Positions 30,931 through 42,521 are shown, counted from the stretch's first letter. The stretch is 55,483 nt of DNA from Eubacteriales bacterium (GCA_045539995.1 JAZQGJ010000063.1:1-55483); one strand, 5' to 3'. Notes: a model not told the origin generated them from the sequence alone. Program-made: numbers and translations.

Positions 30931-30962
30931 ATGGGGCTTCACATTCAGGCATAACCGCAAAC

Positions 30963-31041
30963 AAAAAGAGACGTTATTTTGGATAGCGTCTCTTTTCGTT
31001 ATACAAAAAAGCAGTTACGGATTTACTCCGTAACTGCTTTT
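30963..31041. terminator. Two tandem terminator hairpins between convergent typA and ftsZ
   Basis: AAAAAGAGACG...CGTCTCTTTT and AAAAGCAGTTACGGA...TCCGTAACTGCTTTT. Confidence 0.75.
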
Positions 31042-31081
31042 ATATTTGCGCTAATTTTATTTATAACATTCTATGTAAAGA

Positions 31082-32206
31082 TTAAAATCTTCGTGGTGTT
31101 CTGTTCTTGCTCAATATTGTGGAAAGAGTCTCGTCGAAGAGATCGTCGCTTGAAGCTTTGCTTCTCTGAGTGGGAGACTCTGTAAACTGAGGCTCCTTTG
31201 TCTCCGCAACGGGAGTAGCAATCTCGGATTCGGAGTCGCGCTTCTTTCCGCTTTCAAAGCCTGTAGCAATTACAGTAATGCGCATCTCGTCATCAAGCTC
31301 GGGATCAAATGCTGCGCCCCATATTATGTTAGCATCGGGATGAGCCTCCTCTGCGATAAGATCGGATGCAAGCGTAATATCATCAAGGCTGATGTCGGGG
31401 GAAGCGGTAATGCTTACGAGGATACCCGTAGCGCCCTCGATAGAGGTCTCAAGAAGGGGAGAGGAGATAGCCGCCTTGGCAGCAAGCTGAGCCTTGTCCT
31501 GTCCTGTAGCAGTTCCGATACCCATATGAGCCAGACCTGCCTCAGTCATAACCGAGGTAACGTCGGCAAAGTCAAGGTTGATGAATGAAGGAATGTTAAC
31601 CAATTCGGACACGCTCTGTACGCCCTTGCGGAGTACGTCGTCTGCCATTTCAAACGCCTTGACCATTGTCAGGTGTCCGTCGGATATATGTTTTAATCTG
31701 TCGTTGGGGATTATAATAAGCGAGTCGGCATATTCCTTAAGTACCTTAATACCTTCCTCAGCCTGAAGCATTCTCTTTCTGCCCTCAAAGCTAAAGGGCT
31801 TAGTAACGATAGCAACCGTAAGAACGCCCATATCGCGAGCAACCTTGGCAACTACGGGAGCAGCGCCTGTACCTGTTCCGCCACCCATACCTGCTGTAAT
31901 AAATACCATATCAGCATCGCCGATAAGCTCTTTTATTTCATCGAGGCTTTCCTCAGCCGCCTTTTTTCCTGTTTCGGGGAATGCGCCTGCGCCGTGACCC
32001 TTTGTGAGCTTATTGCCTATTATAAGCTTCTTTGAAGCGCTTGAGCCCTCAAGAGCCTGAATATCAGTATTGATAGCAATAAATTCAACGCCTCTGATAT
32101 TGCTGAAAATCATGCGATTTACCGCATTGTTTCCGCCTCCGCCGACACCGATAACCTTAATGTTAACGTTGTTTACGGGTTCTTCCACTTGAAAATTGAA
32201 ATCCAT
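31082..32206 (-). CDS. ftsZ: Cell division protein FtsZ
   Basis: [29 protein letters not shown]; RBS GGAGG before ATG 32206. Confidence 0.96.
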   Translation of the reverse strand: MDFNFQVEEPVNNVNIKVIGVGGGGNNAVNRMIFSNIRGVEFIAINTDIQALEGSSASKKLIIGNKLTKGHGAGAFPETGKKAAEESLDEIKELIGDADMVFITAGMGGGTGTGAAPVVAKVARDMGVLTVAIVTKPFSFEGRKRMLQAEEGIKVLKEYADSLIIIPNDRLKHISDGHLTMVKAFEMADDVLRKGVQSVSELVNIPSFINLDFADVTSVMTEAGLAHMGIGTATGQDKAQLAAKAAISSPLLETSIEGATGILVSITASPDISLDDITLASDLIAEEAHPDANIIWGAAFDPELDDEMRITVIATGFESGKKRDSESEIATPVAETKEPQFTESPTQRSKASSDDLFDETLSTILSKNRTPRRF

Positions 32207-32469
32207 ATTATACCTCCAACTAACAGATAAGCTCGGATGCTTGTCCAAGCTCTGCTTAATTTTTTATCACGTTATTTGAGCTAAAAATGCAAGAAATCGG
32301 GAAAATAAAGGTTTACATTCTAAATCAGTAATACCGAAATCAAGCTCTGAAAACTACTATATATATGATACATTTTTGGAGGTTTTTTTTCAAGTATTTT
32401 TTATAAAATTAACTATTTGTTAACATATTTTTTGAGGTATTTTACGTAAAGCCGAAAAAAAGCGATAAA

Positions 32470-33513
32470 TTACTCCTCTTTTTCGAGTGATACGTCGGTT
32501 CTGACACTTGCCGAATTGGGATTACTAACGTTTATAACGGCAGTTCTGCCGCTGTTTATTAAAGACTGCAATCTGTTTTCAAAAATATTTTCGGCGGCTG
32601 TAAGCTTTACGTCAATGTCGTCAGAGCTTCCTAAATCGCACCTGAAGCTATCTTCGAAAATAAAGCTTATATTTTGAGTGTTTCTTAAATCTGCCGAGGA
32701 AATTTTTCCGAGTCCTTCATATTCGGAGAGCTTCTCGCAAAGCTTGAAAATGTAGCCTTCTCCTACTGAAAACTCTATTTTTTTGCCTATTTCCTGTATT
32801 TTAAAGCTCGGCAGATAAAGCTTTATCAAAGAATCAACTGAAGAAAGGTCAATCTCTTCTAAATTGCCCTTGCCGAGAATTTTCAGTTCCGCGCTTAATG
32901 CGTAAAACGTATCTTCCGTGCAGGTATAGTACGTGGGGTTTTCATAAACTATGCTCACAGTAAGAGCTCTTGGAAATTTACCCGAAAGCTTACAATCGGA
33001 TATGAGTGGAGAAAGGGCAAGTATTGATTTTTCTACTTCTGCGCTGTCTAATCCTATATAAGATTTTCCCGCAAGGCTTTCGCAGATTTTAAGGATTTCT
33101 TCATTGTAGCCAACGTCCTCGCTTTCAATGGATATCCTCTCTATTTTTGTGCTTTGAGATATCATAGCTATAAGCGAGACGAGAGCTATTATTATAATTA
33201 TAGCCAGAAGCAGTCCTGTAAAAGGGGAAGGGATATGATAATCGCCGTTTCTTCCTTTCTTTTCTACGCTCTCATTTTTCGCTTCGCTTTTAGTTTGAAG
33301 GGGGCTCGGCTTTTTTAATTCCTCAGAAACAGGACGAGGCGAAGAAAAACCGTTCTGCCGTGCCTTATCAGCCGCTTTTGAGTTTTTTACAGCGGCGGGG
33401 TGAAAGGCGTCAGAGTTTTTTTTGCCGTTTTTCTGCCCTGCGGCAGCGCCCGTGCGAGATGAAGCGCCATTTATTACCTTATTACGTTCCGCATTCGTGT
33501 CATTCTGCCGCAT
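32470..33513 (-). CDS. FtsQ/DivIB-like cell division protein
   Basis: Disordered N-terminus, single TM, POTRA-like segment (KFPRALTVSIVYE); located between murG and ftsZ. Confidence 0.7.
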   Translation of the reverse strand: MRQNDTNAERNKVINGASSRTGAAAGQKNGKKNSDAFHPAAVKNSKAADKARQNGFSSPRPVSEELKKPSPLQTKSEAKNESVEKKGRNGDYHIPSPFTGLLLAIIIIIALVSLIAMISQSTKIERISIESEDVGYNEEILKICESLAGKSYIGLDSAEVEKSILALSPLISDCKLSGKFPRALTVSIVYENPTYYTCTEDTFYALSAELKILGKGNLEEIDLSSVDSLIKLYLPSFKIQEIGKKIEFSVGEGYIFKLCEKLSEYEGLGKISSADLRNTQNISFIFEDSFRCDLGSSDDIDVKLTAAENIFENRLQSLINSGRTAVINVSNPNSASVRTDVSLEKEE

Positions 33514-33545
33514 TTTTTATTTCCTTTCAGTTTATTTCCTTCTTT

Positions 33546-34655
33546 TTATTTCTTTATGAGCTTCAAAATTTCGGTATATACCTTTCGGTTTGCGTCCTCT
33601 AAAGCAAAGAGCGATATGTTTTTTTGTAGCTCGTCGCTTTTCGTATTATCTTCCAAAATGCTTTTCACGTTTTGTATAAGAATTTCTGCTGACAGATTTT
33701 TTTCCTCTATTAAAACTGCCGCGTTTTTATCTGCGAGCGCCCTTGCATTTTTATACTGATGATTGTTTGTAACGTTTGGTGAGGGAATAAGAATACTCGC
33801 CTTTTTCGTGAGCGCGAGCTCGGAAAGCGTCATAGCGCCTGCGCGACAAATTACAACGTCAGACGCGCTCATAAGATATGGCATATCGTTAATATATCTT
33901 TCGAGCCTTATTCTTTTTGAATTCTGTAAATTCAGAGAGTCGAATTTTTGTTTGCATTTTTCGTAGTTTCTTTCGCCGCTTGCGTGAATATGATAAACGC
34001 GTTCGCTTTTCTCTACGTAATCGCTCATCATCTCTATGCAGGCGTCGTTTATTGCATCTGCGCCAAGACTTCCGCCAAATGAAAGAATGAGCTTCTCGTT
34101 TTCCTTTATGCCGAGTCTCTCTCTCGTTTTCTCGCGGCTTCCCGTAGTAAAGCCCGTTCTCATCGGGTTTCCTACGGTAACCGACTTTTCGGGGCGCTTA
34201 AGAAAATCGCGAGTCTCTTCAAAGTTGAGCAGAATTTTATCCACGTATTTTTCGAGCATTTTTACTGTGACACCGGGAACTACGTTTGACTCGTGTACGG
34301 CTGTAGGGATTCCGAGTGAAGCAGCCGCCTTAAGAACAGGCCAGCATACGTAGCCTCCCGTACCTATAACGACGTCGGGCTTAAACTCTTTAATGAATTT
34401 TTTTGCCTTAATAGGCGAATAAAACGCAAGGAAGAGCGCGTATATATTTTTGGGGGACAGACTTCTTGAAATCCCCATAGAATTTGCGTGATAAATGGGG
34501 TAGCCCTCTTTTCCGACAAGACGGTTTTCTATCCCTTTAGGCGTACCCGCGAAGGCTATTTCGGCATTCGCGTCGTTTTCCTTTATAATCTGAGCTATAG
34601 CTATTGCGGGGTTTACGTGTCCCGCCGTGCCGCCGCCTGTAAGTAAAATTCGCAT
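33546..34655 (-). CDS. murG: Lipid II GlcNAc transferase MurG
   Basis: GGGTAGHVNP, GTGGYV, HESN, GGSLGA, RAGA, HQYKNA. Confidence 0.95.
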   Translation of the reverse strand: MRILLTGGGTAGHVNPAIAIAQIIKENDANAEIAFAGTPKGIENRLVGKEGYPIYHANSMGISRSLSPKNIYALFLAFYSPIKAKKFIKEFKPDVVIGTGGYVCWPVLKAAASLGIPTAVHESNVVPGVTVKMLEKYVDKILLNFEETRDFLKRPEKSVTVGNPMRTGFTTGSREKTRERLGIKENEKLILSFGGSLGADAINDACIEMMSDYVEKSERVYHIHASGERNYEKCKQKFDSLNLQNSKRIRLERYINDMPYLMSASDVVICRAGAMTLSELALTKKASILIPSPNVTNNHQYKNARALADKNAAVLIEEKNLSAEILIQNVKSILEDNTKSDELQKNISLFALEDANRKVYTEILKLIKK

Positions 34656-34667
34656 AGAAGCTCCTTT

Positions 34668-36065
34668 TTAACGGTATTTTAGATGTGATGTTCGGGAAAC
34701 CGAAAGAAGTATTCCCATTTCTGCGAAGAGTATTACAAGCGAGGTTCCTCCGTAGCTGAAGAAGGGAAGAGCTATGCCCGTATTGGGAATAGTGTTAGTT
34801 ACCACTGCGATATTTAAAAGAACCTGAACGGCAACCTGCGTTGTAATTCCAAACGCCGTAAGACGTGAGAACACGTCCTGATTTTTTAGCGCTATGACGT
34901 ACCCACGCCAGATAAATACAGCGAAAAGCGCGATAATAATAAAAGCGCCTACAAAGCCAAGCTCCTCGCAGGTAATCGTAAAAATAAAGTCATTCGCGGG
35001 CTCAGATACGTAGCTATACTTCATACGGCTGTTTCCGAGTCCGAGACCGAACAAGCCGCCTGAGCCGATGGCGAGCATTCCCTCAAGCGTTTGCCAACCT
35101 CCGTCAAGGGGATATTTTTCAGGATTGAGCCAGATAACGAGACGTCTGCGAGTGTATTCGAGAGCGACAGCCAGAGTTCCGACAGAAATGAGTCCGCCCC
35201 CACAAATAAGGCCCAACAGCTTTCCGTCAGAGCCTGCTATAAACATAATAATAAGTCCGATACAACCGAGAATTATGAGACAGGACAAGTGCTTTTCAAG
35301 CATAACCAATACAGCCGTAATTCCTATAAGTGAAAACGGATATAGAATTCCGTAGAAGAATGAGGCTTTTTTATTTTTGTGATTTATGACCTTGTCACCG
35401 AATACCGAGAAGTACCAGGCGAGAATGAGAACGAGCGACATTTTCGCTATTTCTGACGGCTGAAAGGATATAGGGCCTATGCTGATCCACCTTTGCGCGC
35501 CGTTTCCCGCAAAGCCCACAACAAGCACGGCAACGAGCAAGAGAAGGGAAACGATATATACGCCCCTCGAAATCATTTTATAAAATTCGGGGGTAAATAT
35601 TGAAGTCACAAACATAGCGATAAAGCCCATTATAACAAACAAAATCTGCTTCTTCAAAAAGTGCATACTGTCGTTATATCTCGTTTGCGCGAACGCGTAG
35701 CTTGCGCTGAATACCATAACAGAGCCTATGCAGATAAGAACACATATTATAATAAGCATTACTCTGTCGATTCCCGCGCTATCGCGAGGAATTATTATTT
35801 TAGTATTTTTGTCGGTGCCTCCAAAAAGCATCTGCCATATACGTCGAAAAATCTTCGGCATACGCTTAATAGCTTTTGGAAGCTCGCTTTCGTTCCCGAG
35901 CGCCTCCGACACGGACACATCATCAAAAAAGCGTGTCCCGCTTTTTTTATGCGTTACCTTTTTTTGCGTATGTAAAGCATCATCTTGCTTCCTTTTTCCG
36001 TTTTGAGTTACCGTCGCGGACCTGCCGAAGCCTATTTCGTTTTTGTTATTTTCATTCTGCTCCAT
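34668..36065 (-). CDS. ftsW: SEDS protein FtsW/SpoVE with N-terminal extension
   Basis: GAQRWI, FQPSEIAK, DFIFTITCEELG, PNTGIALPFFSYGGTS; RBS GGAGG. Confidence 0.88.
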   Translation of the reverse strand: MEQNENNKNEIGFGRSATVTQNGKRKQDDALHTQKKVTHKKSGTRFFDDVSVSEALGNESELPKAIKRMPKIFRRIWQMLFGGTDKNTKIIIPRDSAGIDRVMLIIICVLICIGSVMVFSASYAFAQTRYNDSMHFLKKQILFVIMGFIAMFVTSIFTPEFYKMISRGVYIVSLLLLVAVLVVGFAGNGAQRWISIGPISFQPSEIAKMSLVLILAWYFSVFGDKVINHKNKKASFFYGILYPFSLIGITAVLVMLEKHLSCLIILGCIGLIIMFIAGSDGKLLGLICGGGLISVGTLAVALEYTRRRLVIWLNPEKYPLDGGWQTLEGMLAIGSGGLFGLGLGNSRMKYSYVSEPANDFIFTITCEELGFVGAFIIIALFAVFIWRGYVIALKNQDVFSRLTAFGITTQVAVQVLLNIAVVTNTIPNTGIALPFFSYGGTSLVILFAEMGILLSVSRTSHLKYR

Positions 36066-36097
36066 AGCAGATCCTCCTTTTTTCAATATTTCCGATT

Positions 36098-37087
36098 TCA
36101 GTCAAGACCGAAGCAGGCAATTATACACGCAAGAAGTGTAATCAGGGAAAATACGCTGACAATTTTTATTTCACTCCAGCCGCATTTTTCAAAGTGGTGG
36201 TGTATGGGCGCCATTTTGAATATACGCTTACGTGTGAGCTTAAATGAGCATATTTGCAATGCAACCGAAACGCCCTCAAAGAGATATATAATTCCCACAA
36301 GTAAAATTATTAAGGGATTGTTTATCATAAACGCCAAGCCTACCGCAAGTCCGCCGAGGAAAAGTGAGCCTGTGTCGCCCATAAATATTTTCGCGGGATA
36401 AAAGTTGTAAACGAGAAAGCCGAGTGTCACACCCGACAAAGCGCCCGACAGAATGACTGAGGGAAGCAAATCGTATCTGAACGCGGCATAAGCAAAAAAC
36501 GCGCCGATAATCATTGTAACCGTTGACATAAGACCGTCTATTCCGTCGGTGAAGTTAGCGAAGTTTATCATTCCCACGCATAATACCATAGCGAAAAAGT
36601 AGTACGCAAAGCCAAGCTCTAAATATACGTTGAAGAAGGGAAGATAGAAGCTCGTTTCTATCAGCTCATATATTCTGAGCAGAGCGAGGTACGCGCCCGA
36701 AAAAACTATCTGAAGAATCAGCTTCTGGGTTTTGGTCAAGCCCTCGTTTTGCTTCTTTTTGAATTTTACCATATCGTCTATTATGCCTGTAATTCCGTTC
36801 GCTATAGCATAAAGAAGCGTAAACACCATAAAGAGAATTTCGCGAAGCGGCGTTTCCCTGTACGCTATTATTCCCAATATAGCGCATACAAGAGTGAGCG
36901 AAAAGATGAAAGCAATTCCGCCCATAGTCGGCGTATTTTCCTTTGATTTGTGCCAACGCGGACCTATATCGAGGATTTTCTGTCCCATTTTCAAGCTCTT
37001 GAGCTTGGGAATGAGGTGTTTTGTAGATACTGCCGTTAATATGAAAACGGAAACTAATGAAATGATATAATACGCTATCGTAGGCAT
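36098..37087 (-). CDS. mraY: Phospho-N-acetylmuramoyl-pentapeptide transferase
   Basis: TPTMGG, NFTDGIDGL, FMGDTGS, MAPIHHHFE. Confidence 0.95.
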   Translation of the reverse strand: MPTIAYYIISLVSVFILTAVSTKHLIPKLKSLKMGQKILDIGPRWHKSKENTPTMGGIAFIFSLTLVCAILGIIAYRETPLREILFMVFTLLYAIANGITGIIDDMVKFKKKQNEGLTKTQKLILQIVFSGAYLALLRIYELIETSFYLPFFNVYLELGFAYYFFAMVLCVGMINFANFTDGIDGLMSTVTMIIGAFFAYAAFRYDLLPSVILSGALSGVTLGFLVYNFYPAKIFMGDTGSLFLGGLAVGLAFMINNPLIILLVGIIYLFEGVSVALQICSFKLTRKRIFKMAPIHHHFEKCGWSEIKIVSVFSLITLLACIIACFGLD

Positions 37088-37129
37088 AAAAAACAGGTCC
37101 TTTCTTATTGACTGCCTTAGGTTTTACAG

Positions 37130-38536
37130 TTAATTTATATGCTCTTTTAAATAATTTATGATTTTTTCGGCTGCCATAGCACGCGACGCCTTTATAAGAA
37201 GTATATCTCCGTCCTTTAAGTGCTTTATAAGCGATTCGCCGCTTTTTTCGGGGCAGGCTACTTCGGGATTGGTAAATATAAAATCAGTGTCCATGCCGCC
37301 TCTTTTTGCGCCAGTCACATAGTTTTCCGCAATAAGCCCGTAGGTGAACAAAAGCGACAGTCCGCTTTTTGCCATATATTCTCCGACGCTTTCGTGCATA
37401 ATCCTCGTGTCCTCGCCCAACTCCTTCATATCGCCCAAAAGAGCGACGGCTCTCGCATTTTTCTTTTTTGCAAGCTCACAGAGAACGTCGCACGCGGCTC
37501 TCATAGATTCGGGCGACGCGTTATAGCAGTCATCAATTATTGTTATATTACCTATTTTATAAATATTTTGTCGCATCTTCTCGGATTGATAATTCATAAG
37601 ACCTCTCTTTATTTCCTTTTCTGTCATACCAAGCTTAAAGCCTATAAGGCAGGCATATGCAGCCGCCAAAACGGTATGTCTGCCTATCCCTGACGAATTC
37701 ATTGTATATCTTTTTCCTTCGTATATAAAGTCAAATTCAGTGCTTTTTTCGCAAGGGATTATATCCCTTACGCAAAAATCGGAATTCTCATTCTCAAGCG
37801 AAACAAACTCGGGCGAATATTCTGAGTATATGGGGGAACGGAGCAGGGGCTCATCTCCGTTTACTATCAGGCACCCTTCTTTAGTCATTCCACTGACTAT
37901 TTCCATTTTTGCTGCGCAAATATTCTCTCGGCTTTTAAGATGCTCTAAATGAGACGAGCCTATTACGGTAATTACGGCAATATCGGGCTTTACGATGTCC
38001 GAAAGATATTCTATCTCCCCTTTTGCGCACATGCCCATCTCGGTTATAAGGATTTCCGTGTCGCTCGGCATAGAAAGGACAGTGTAGGGAAGCCCTAATT
38101 CATTGTTATAGTTTCCCTCTGTTTTGTGTACCTTGTATTTTTCGGAAAGAACCGAAAAAATAAATTCCTTTGTCGTGGTTTTGCCCACGCTTCCCGTAAC
38201 GGCTATTTTCTTTACGTTACGAGACGCAAGATATTCCCGTGCGAGCATTCCGAGCGCCTTTACAGTGTCCTCGCAGATTAAAAGACAAGCGCATTTCAAA
38301 TCGGACGGAGCTCTTTCACAGAGCGCGCCGCACGCGCCTGCGTTTATAGCCTTGCAAACGTAATCATTGCCGTCGAAGCTTTCGCCCTTTAAAGCGATGA
38401 ATAGGTCGCCCTCTTTTATCTCTCTTGTGTCTGTCGTTATATATTTTGCAATTCCGTCATTTTCGCAAAGAAATTCTGATTTAGTATATTCTGCTATTTT
38501 CTTAAGCGAAAGAGGAAATGCCAATTTAATTCTCAT
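37130..38536 (-). CDS. murF: UDP-MurNAc-tripeptide D-Ala-D-Ala ligase
   Basis: TGSVGKTTTKE, GNYNNELGLP, DDCYNASPES, LGDMKELG, KASR. Confidence 0.93.
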   Translation of the reverse strand: MRIKLAFPLSLKKIAEYTKSEFLCENDGIAKYITTDTREIKEGDLFIALKGESFDGNDYVCKAINAGACGALCERAPSDLKCACLLICEDTVKALGMLAREYLASRNVKKIAVTGSVGKTTTKEFIFSVLSEKYKVHKTEGNYNNELGLPYTVLSMPSDTEILITEMGMCAKGEIEYLSDIVKPDIAVITVIGSSHLEHLKSRENICAAKMEIVSGMTKEGCLIVNGDEPLLRSPIYSEYSPEFVSLENENSDFCVRDIIPCEKSTEFDFIYEGKRYTMNSSGIGRHTVLAAAYACLIGFKLGMTEKEIKRGLMNYQSEKMRQNIYKIGNITIIDDCYNASPESMRAACDVLCELAKKKNARAVALLGDMKELGEDTRIMHESVGEYMAKSGLSLLFTYGLIAENYVTGAKRGGMDTDFIFTNPEVACPEKSGESLIKHLKDGDILLIKASRAMAAEKIINYLKEHIN

Positions 38537-40070
38537 TACTCTTATTATCTCCGTTTCTTCTTTTTTCAAGCGCCTCTGAAACAATTTTACGCTCGTCAAA
38601 AAAATATTCTCCGTTTTTGTCTATGCGGTAAAGCTCGTGGCCTTTACCTGCCAAAACTATAATGTCGTTTCTCTTTGCGTTTATTATTGCATATTCGATA
38701 GCCGCCTGTCTGTTCATTATTACACGTCGGCGGTTGATATCATTCATTCCCGAAAGAATGTCCTTTATTATCTGTCGGGGAGGCTCGTTTCTGCTGTTAT
38801 CCGAGGTTACTATGGTAAAATCGGCAAGCTCCTCCGCTGCCCTTCCCATAGGAGCGCGCTTGCTTCTGTCACGGTTGCCACCACAGCCGAAAAGAAGAAC
38901 TATTCTTTCGTTTCCACGCCTGAAGCTTCTTATCGTTGAAAGAATATTTCTAAGAGCCGACTCTGTATGGGCGTAATCAATGAATACGGAAAACTCATCG
39001 TCCTCGCGCCCTAAATGTATTCTTTCCATACGCCCCGACACGCTTGACATAAGGCTCAATGCCTCTTTTGCCGTTTCTATAGGCACTCCGAGCTTAAGTG
39101 ACGCCGTAATTGCTAAAAGGGAATTATAGACTGTAAAGACGGCGGGCATCTTGCTCTTTAAGCTTATACGTATATTATCGCCCCGATAGATATATTCTAC
39201 GCCGCGGCTTCCGAGAAGCTTCACGTCTGTCGCGTAAAAATCGCCGTCACCTGCCACCGAGCAACGAACTATTTCACACTTCGACTCGGCAATTATTCTT
39301 TCCGAATAATCGTTATCAATATTGAAAATTCCGCATTTGCAGGACTTGAAAAGCTCGGCCTTCGCCCTCATATAGCTTTCCATATCCACGTGAAAATCAA
39401 GATGCTCAGGCGCTAAATTCGTAAAAATACCAAGTTCAAAGAATATGGGGGCAGTCTTTTTCTGCGTTAGCGCGTGAGAGGAGACCTCCATAACCACAAA
39501 GTCTATTTTCTCGTCTGCCATCAAACGAAGAATTTTATATAAAACCTCAGGGTCAGGCGTGGTCATCGTCTTTAGCTTGTCGGCGTTTTGCGTGTTGTCG
39601 GGAAGACTGTACGACCTATTTTCGATGAGACATTCAACAGTGCCGATAAGCCCCACCTTATAGCCCGCGCGCCGAAGAACAGAGCGCAAAATATAAGAGC
39701 TCGACGTTTTCCCGTTTGTCCCCGTAATTCCTATAATGCGTAAATCGTTTTGAGGATTGCTGTAAAATCTCGCGTATGCAAATGAAAGCGCAAGACGAGT
39801 GCTTTTTACCGTAAAAATCGGCGTTGAAAGAGAGCTTTCATAGCTTTCGCCCTCTTCGACAATAATAGCGGACGCGCCCTTCTTTTCAATAAAGGGCAAA
39901 ATTTTATGAGTGTTATATCTCGTTCCGCAAAGGCATATAAATACACACCCGTCGGTTATTTTTGACGTGTCGGTTACTATTTCGCCGACTTCCACTTCGG
40001 ACGCTTGGCACAAAGAGGAGTATTCCCCCTCATAAAGCAAACAGGATAATTTCAAATCAAGATACCTCAC
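38526..40070 (-). CDS. murE: UDP-MurNAc-dipeptide diaminopimelate ligase
   Basis: GITGTNGKTS, TTPDP, MEVSSH, DYAHT, DNSR, AGKGHE. Confidence 0.93.
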   Translation of the reverse strand: MRYLDLKLSCLLYEGEYSSLCQASEVEVGEIVTDTSKITDGCVFICLCGTRYNTHKILPFIEKKGASAIIVEEGESYESSLSTPIFTVKSTRLALSFAYARFYSNPQNDLRIIGITGTNGKTSSSYILRSVLRRAGYKVGLIGTVECLIENRSYSLPDNTQNADKLKTMTTPDPEVLYKILRLMADEKIDFVVMEVSSHALTQKKTAPIFFELGIFTNLAPEHLDFHVDMESYMRAKAELFKSCKCGIFNIDNDYSERIIAESKCEIVRCSVAGDGDFYATDVKLLGSRGVEYIYRGDNIRISLKSKMPAVFTVYNSLLAITASLKLGVPIETAKEALSLMSSVSGRMERIHLGREDDEFSVFIDYAHTESALRNILSTIRSFRRGNERIVLLFGCGGNRDRSKRAPMGRAAEELADFTIVTSDNSRNEPPRQIIKDILSGMNDINRRRVIMNRQAAIEYAIINAKRNDIIVLAGKGHELYRIDKNGEYFFDERKIVSEALEKRRNGDNKSNEN

Positions 40071-40143
40071 AAAATATATTTTTATTTCAGTATCCTTTTT
40101 TTTGAAAACTGCCTTTATATATTTATTATGTATTATGCCCTTA

Positions 40144-42432
40144 TCAGTCTCTGTCGTCGTACAGGAATTTGACCGTTACGACGCTTCCTTTTTCTACCGA
40201 CGTACCTGCATCGACCGACTGATAGGTGGCTTTTGCGTAAACGGTATCGCTGATAGCATAGTTTTTCGCGCCCTCTATTCTGATATTCAAGCCTCTTGAT
40301 ACGAGAATCTGGTTCGCCTCTGTTACGCTCTTTCCAAGAACGTCGGGTACTGTTACGGTTTCGCTTCCGCTGTATTCCGTATATAGAATGACAGAGCCCA
40401 TATTCTTTGTAAGCGACGTGGCAGGCGCGGGACATTGTGACGTAATGACGGCGTTTTCATCAGCGCCGAGCGCATCGCAGGAAAGTCCGAGCGCAGAAAG
40501 CGCTTTTTTCGCTTCCTTTACAGTTTTTCCTACGTAATTTCCTATACGTACAGACATAGATTCGAGCTGCTCGTCTGTGTAGCTCGGCTCATATCCGAGA
40601 TAGGGGAGTATTTTTGTCAGCAGGTCGGAGATGTAGGGCGCCGCTACGGTTGCGCCGTAGTAGTTTACTGTAGGCTCATCTACCATAATAATTACTGCGA
40701 CAGAGGAATTCACGTACGGCGCGTACGCTACGCAAGAGCCTATGCGGAGTGTGAAGTTTCCGTTCTTGTCTGCCTTGTCAAGCTTTTCACTCGTACCCGT
40801 TTTCGCGGCAATTCTGTAGCCTGCGACGTAGGCGTTCTTTGAAGCGCCCGTGCCCGAAACACCCTCTTCAAGTATCTCGCTTACAGTCTTTGCGCTCTGT
40901 GAGGAAACAACCTGCCTTTTCGTTTCGGTTTCATACTGATATACGGTGTTTCCCTCGCTATCTATAAGCTTATCTATTACGTGTGGAGTAACCAGATAGC
41001 CACCGTTTGCCACTGCGGCTATAGCCGTGATCTGCTGTATCGGCGTCACCTTGAAGCGCTGACCGAATGAAGCTACGGCAAGCTCGACAGAACCGAGTCC
41101 GCTTTCGGTATGGAAAATGCTCTGGCTCTCACTCGGAAGGTCTATTCCCGTTTTTTCAAGATAACCGAATGCCTTGAAATATTGATAAAAGTCAGGGCTT
41201 CCTATTCTCGCCGCGAGCTGCATAAGAGTCGGGTTGCAGGACTGCTGGAGTCCGTACGCAAACGTTATGCCCGATCCGTGTCCTATGGGACGCCAGCAGC
41301 TTATACGCGCGCCGCCTACAACGTGGTATCCGGGGCAGCTGAAGCCGTGATCCAAAGCAGACGTTTTTCCAAGCTCAATGCCCATAGAGGCAGTTACTAT
41401 TTTAAAGGTAGAGCCCGGCTCATAAAGCTCGCTTACCGCCTTGTTTCTCCACATATCGTAGAGCAGAGAGGTGCGAAGCGATTTATATTCATTACTGTCA
41501 CTTGCGTATCCCGAGCTTGAAAGCTTTTCTTCGGATATGCTGTCAAGGACGTAGGGGGTATTCAGATTGAAGTCGGGAGCGACAGCCATAGCGTATATCG
41601 CGCCTGTGTTTACGTTCATAACTATTCCCGCCGCGCGATTTTGCACGTTGAATTCGGAAATTATCTCTGAAAGCTCGTTTTCAAGCTCTCTTTGTATATA
41701 AGAATCAATTGTAGTTACAAGGCTTAAGCCGTCCTCTGCGGGTATATAGCTCGAATAATCGTAGGGAATTTCATTACTGTGGGCGTCTATCGCGGTTATG
41801 TATTTTCCGTTTGTGCCCGTTAAGTCGTCGTCATAATACTGCTCAAGACCGAAAAGTCCTTGATTGTCGCTTCCTGTAAAGCCTATAACGTGAGAAGCCA
41901 GATTGCCGAAGGGATAATATCTTGTTGTACTCGCCTCTGTATATATCATTCTCGAAAGGCCGTTTTCCGTAACAAAGGATAGCACCTTGTCTGTCGTAGC
42001 CTCATCAACCTCTTTTTTTATTGTTTCGTCAAGTCGGTTCTTCTTTTGAGTTTTTTCATATATTGTGTCATACGGTACGTCAAGTATTTCGGAAAGCCCC
42101 TTTGATATAAGAGTAGCGTAATCTATTCTGTTTTTAGCGCTGTATTCGTAGATATCCTTTGGAGAAATAAAAATTCTCCACACGGTTTTGTTTGTGGCGA
42201 GAGGATTCATATTAGAATCGTAAATTTCGCCTCTCTTCGCCGTGAGGGTAGAGCTGAAGGTTATTTGGTCAAGCACCTTCTGTTGATATTTATCATACTG
42301 AAAATATTGCATATAAAATATTTTTCCGATAAGAAACAGCATAACGCACGAAAAGCAACAGAGCATTGCGAACGCGCGTCTGGCGCTCAGGCTTATATTG
42401 TCTTTTTTTGACGTATCGTGGGGTAATTTCAA
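40144..42432 (-). CDS. Class B penicillin-binding protein with PASTA domains (SpoVD/FtsI-like)
   Basis: RGEIYD, RYYPFG, EPGSTFK, SCN, KTGT; TTG start after GGAGG. Confidence 0.9.
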   Translation of the reverse strand: MKLPHDTSKKDNISLSARRAFAMLCCFSCVMLFLIGKIFYMQYFQYDKYQQKVLDQITFSSTLTAKRGEIYDSNMNPLATNKTVWRIFISPKDIYEYSAKNRIDYATLISKGLSEILDVPYDTIYEKTQKKNRLDETIKKEVDEATTDKVLSFVTENGLSRMIYTEASTTRYYPFGNLASHVIGFTGSDNQGLFGLEQYYDDDLTGTNGKYITAIDAHSNEIPYDYSSYIPAEDGLSLVTTIDSYIQRELENELSEIISEFNVQNRAAGIVMNVNTGAIYAMAVAPDFNLNTPYVLDSISEEKLSSSGYASDSNEYKSLRTSLLYDMWRNKAVSELYEPGSTFKIVTASMGIELGKTSALDHGFSCPGYHVVGGARISCWRPIGHGSGITFAYGLQQSCNPTLMQLAARIGSPDFYQYFKAFGYLEKTGIDLPSESQSIFHTESGLGSVELAVASFGQRFKVTPIQQITAIAAVANGGYLVTPHVIDKLIDSEGNTVYQYETETKRQVVSSQSAKTVSEILEEGVSGTGASKNAYVAGYRIAAKTGTSEKLDKADKNGNFTLRIGSCVAYAPYVNSSVAVIIMVDEPTVNYYGATVAAPYISDLLTKILPYLGYEPSYTDEQLESMSVRIGNYVGKTVKEAKKALSALGLSCDALGADENAVITSQCPAPATSLTKNMGSVILYTEYSGSETVTVPDVLGKSVTEANQILVSRGLNIRIEGAKNYAISDTVYAKATYQSVDAGTSVEKGSVVTVKFLYDDRD

Positions 42433-42521
42433 GGTTTTTCCTCCCAAATAAATAGCATAGCGATAGTTTGTTTTCCGCAAGCTATCGCTATAATCATATT
42501 TAATATCTGTCGCTTTTATTC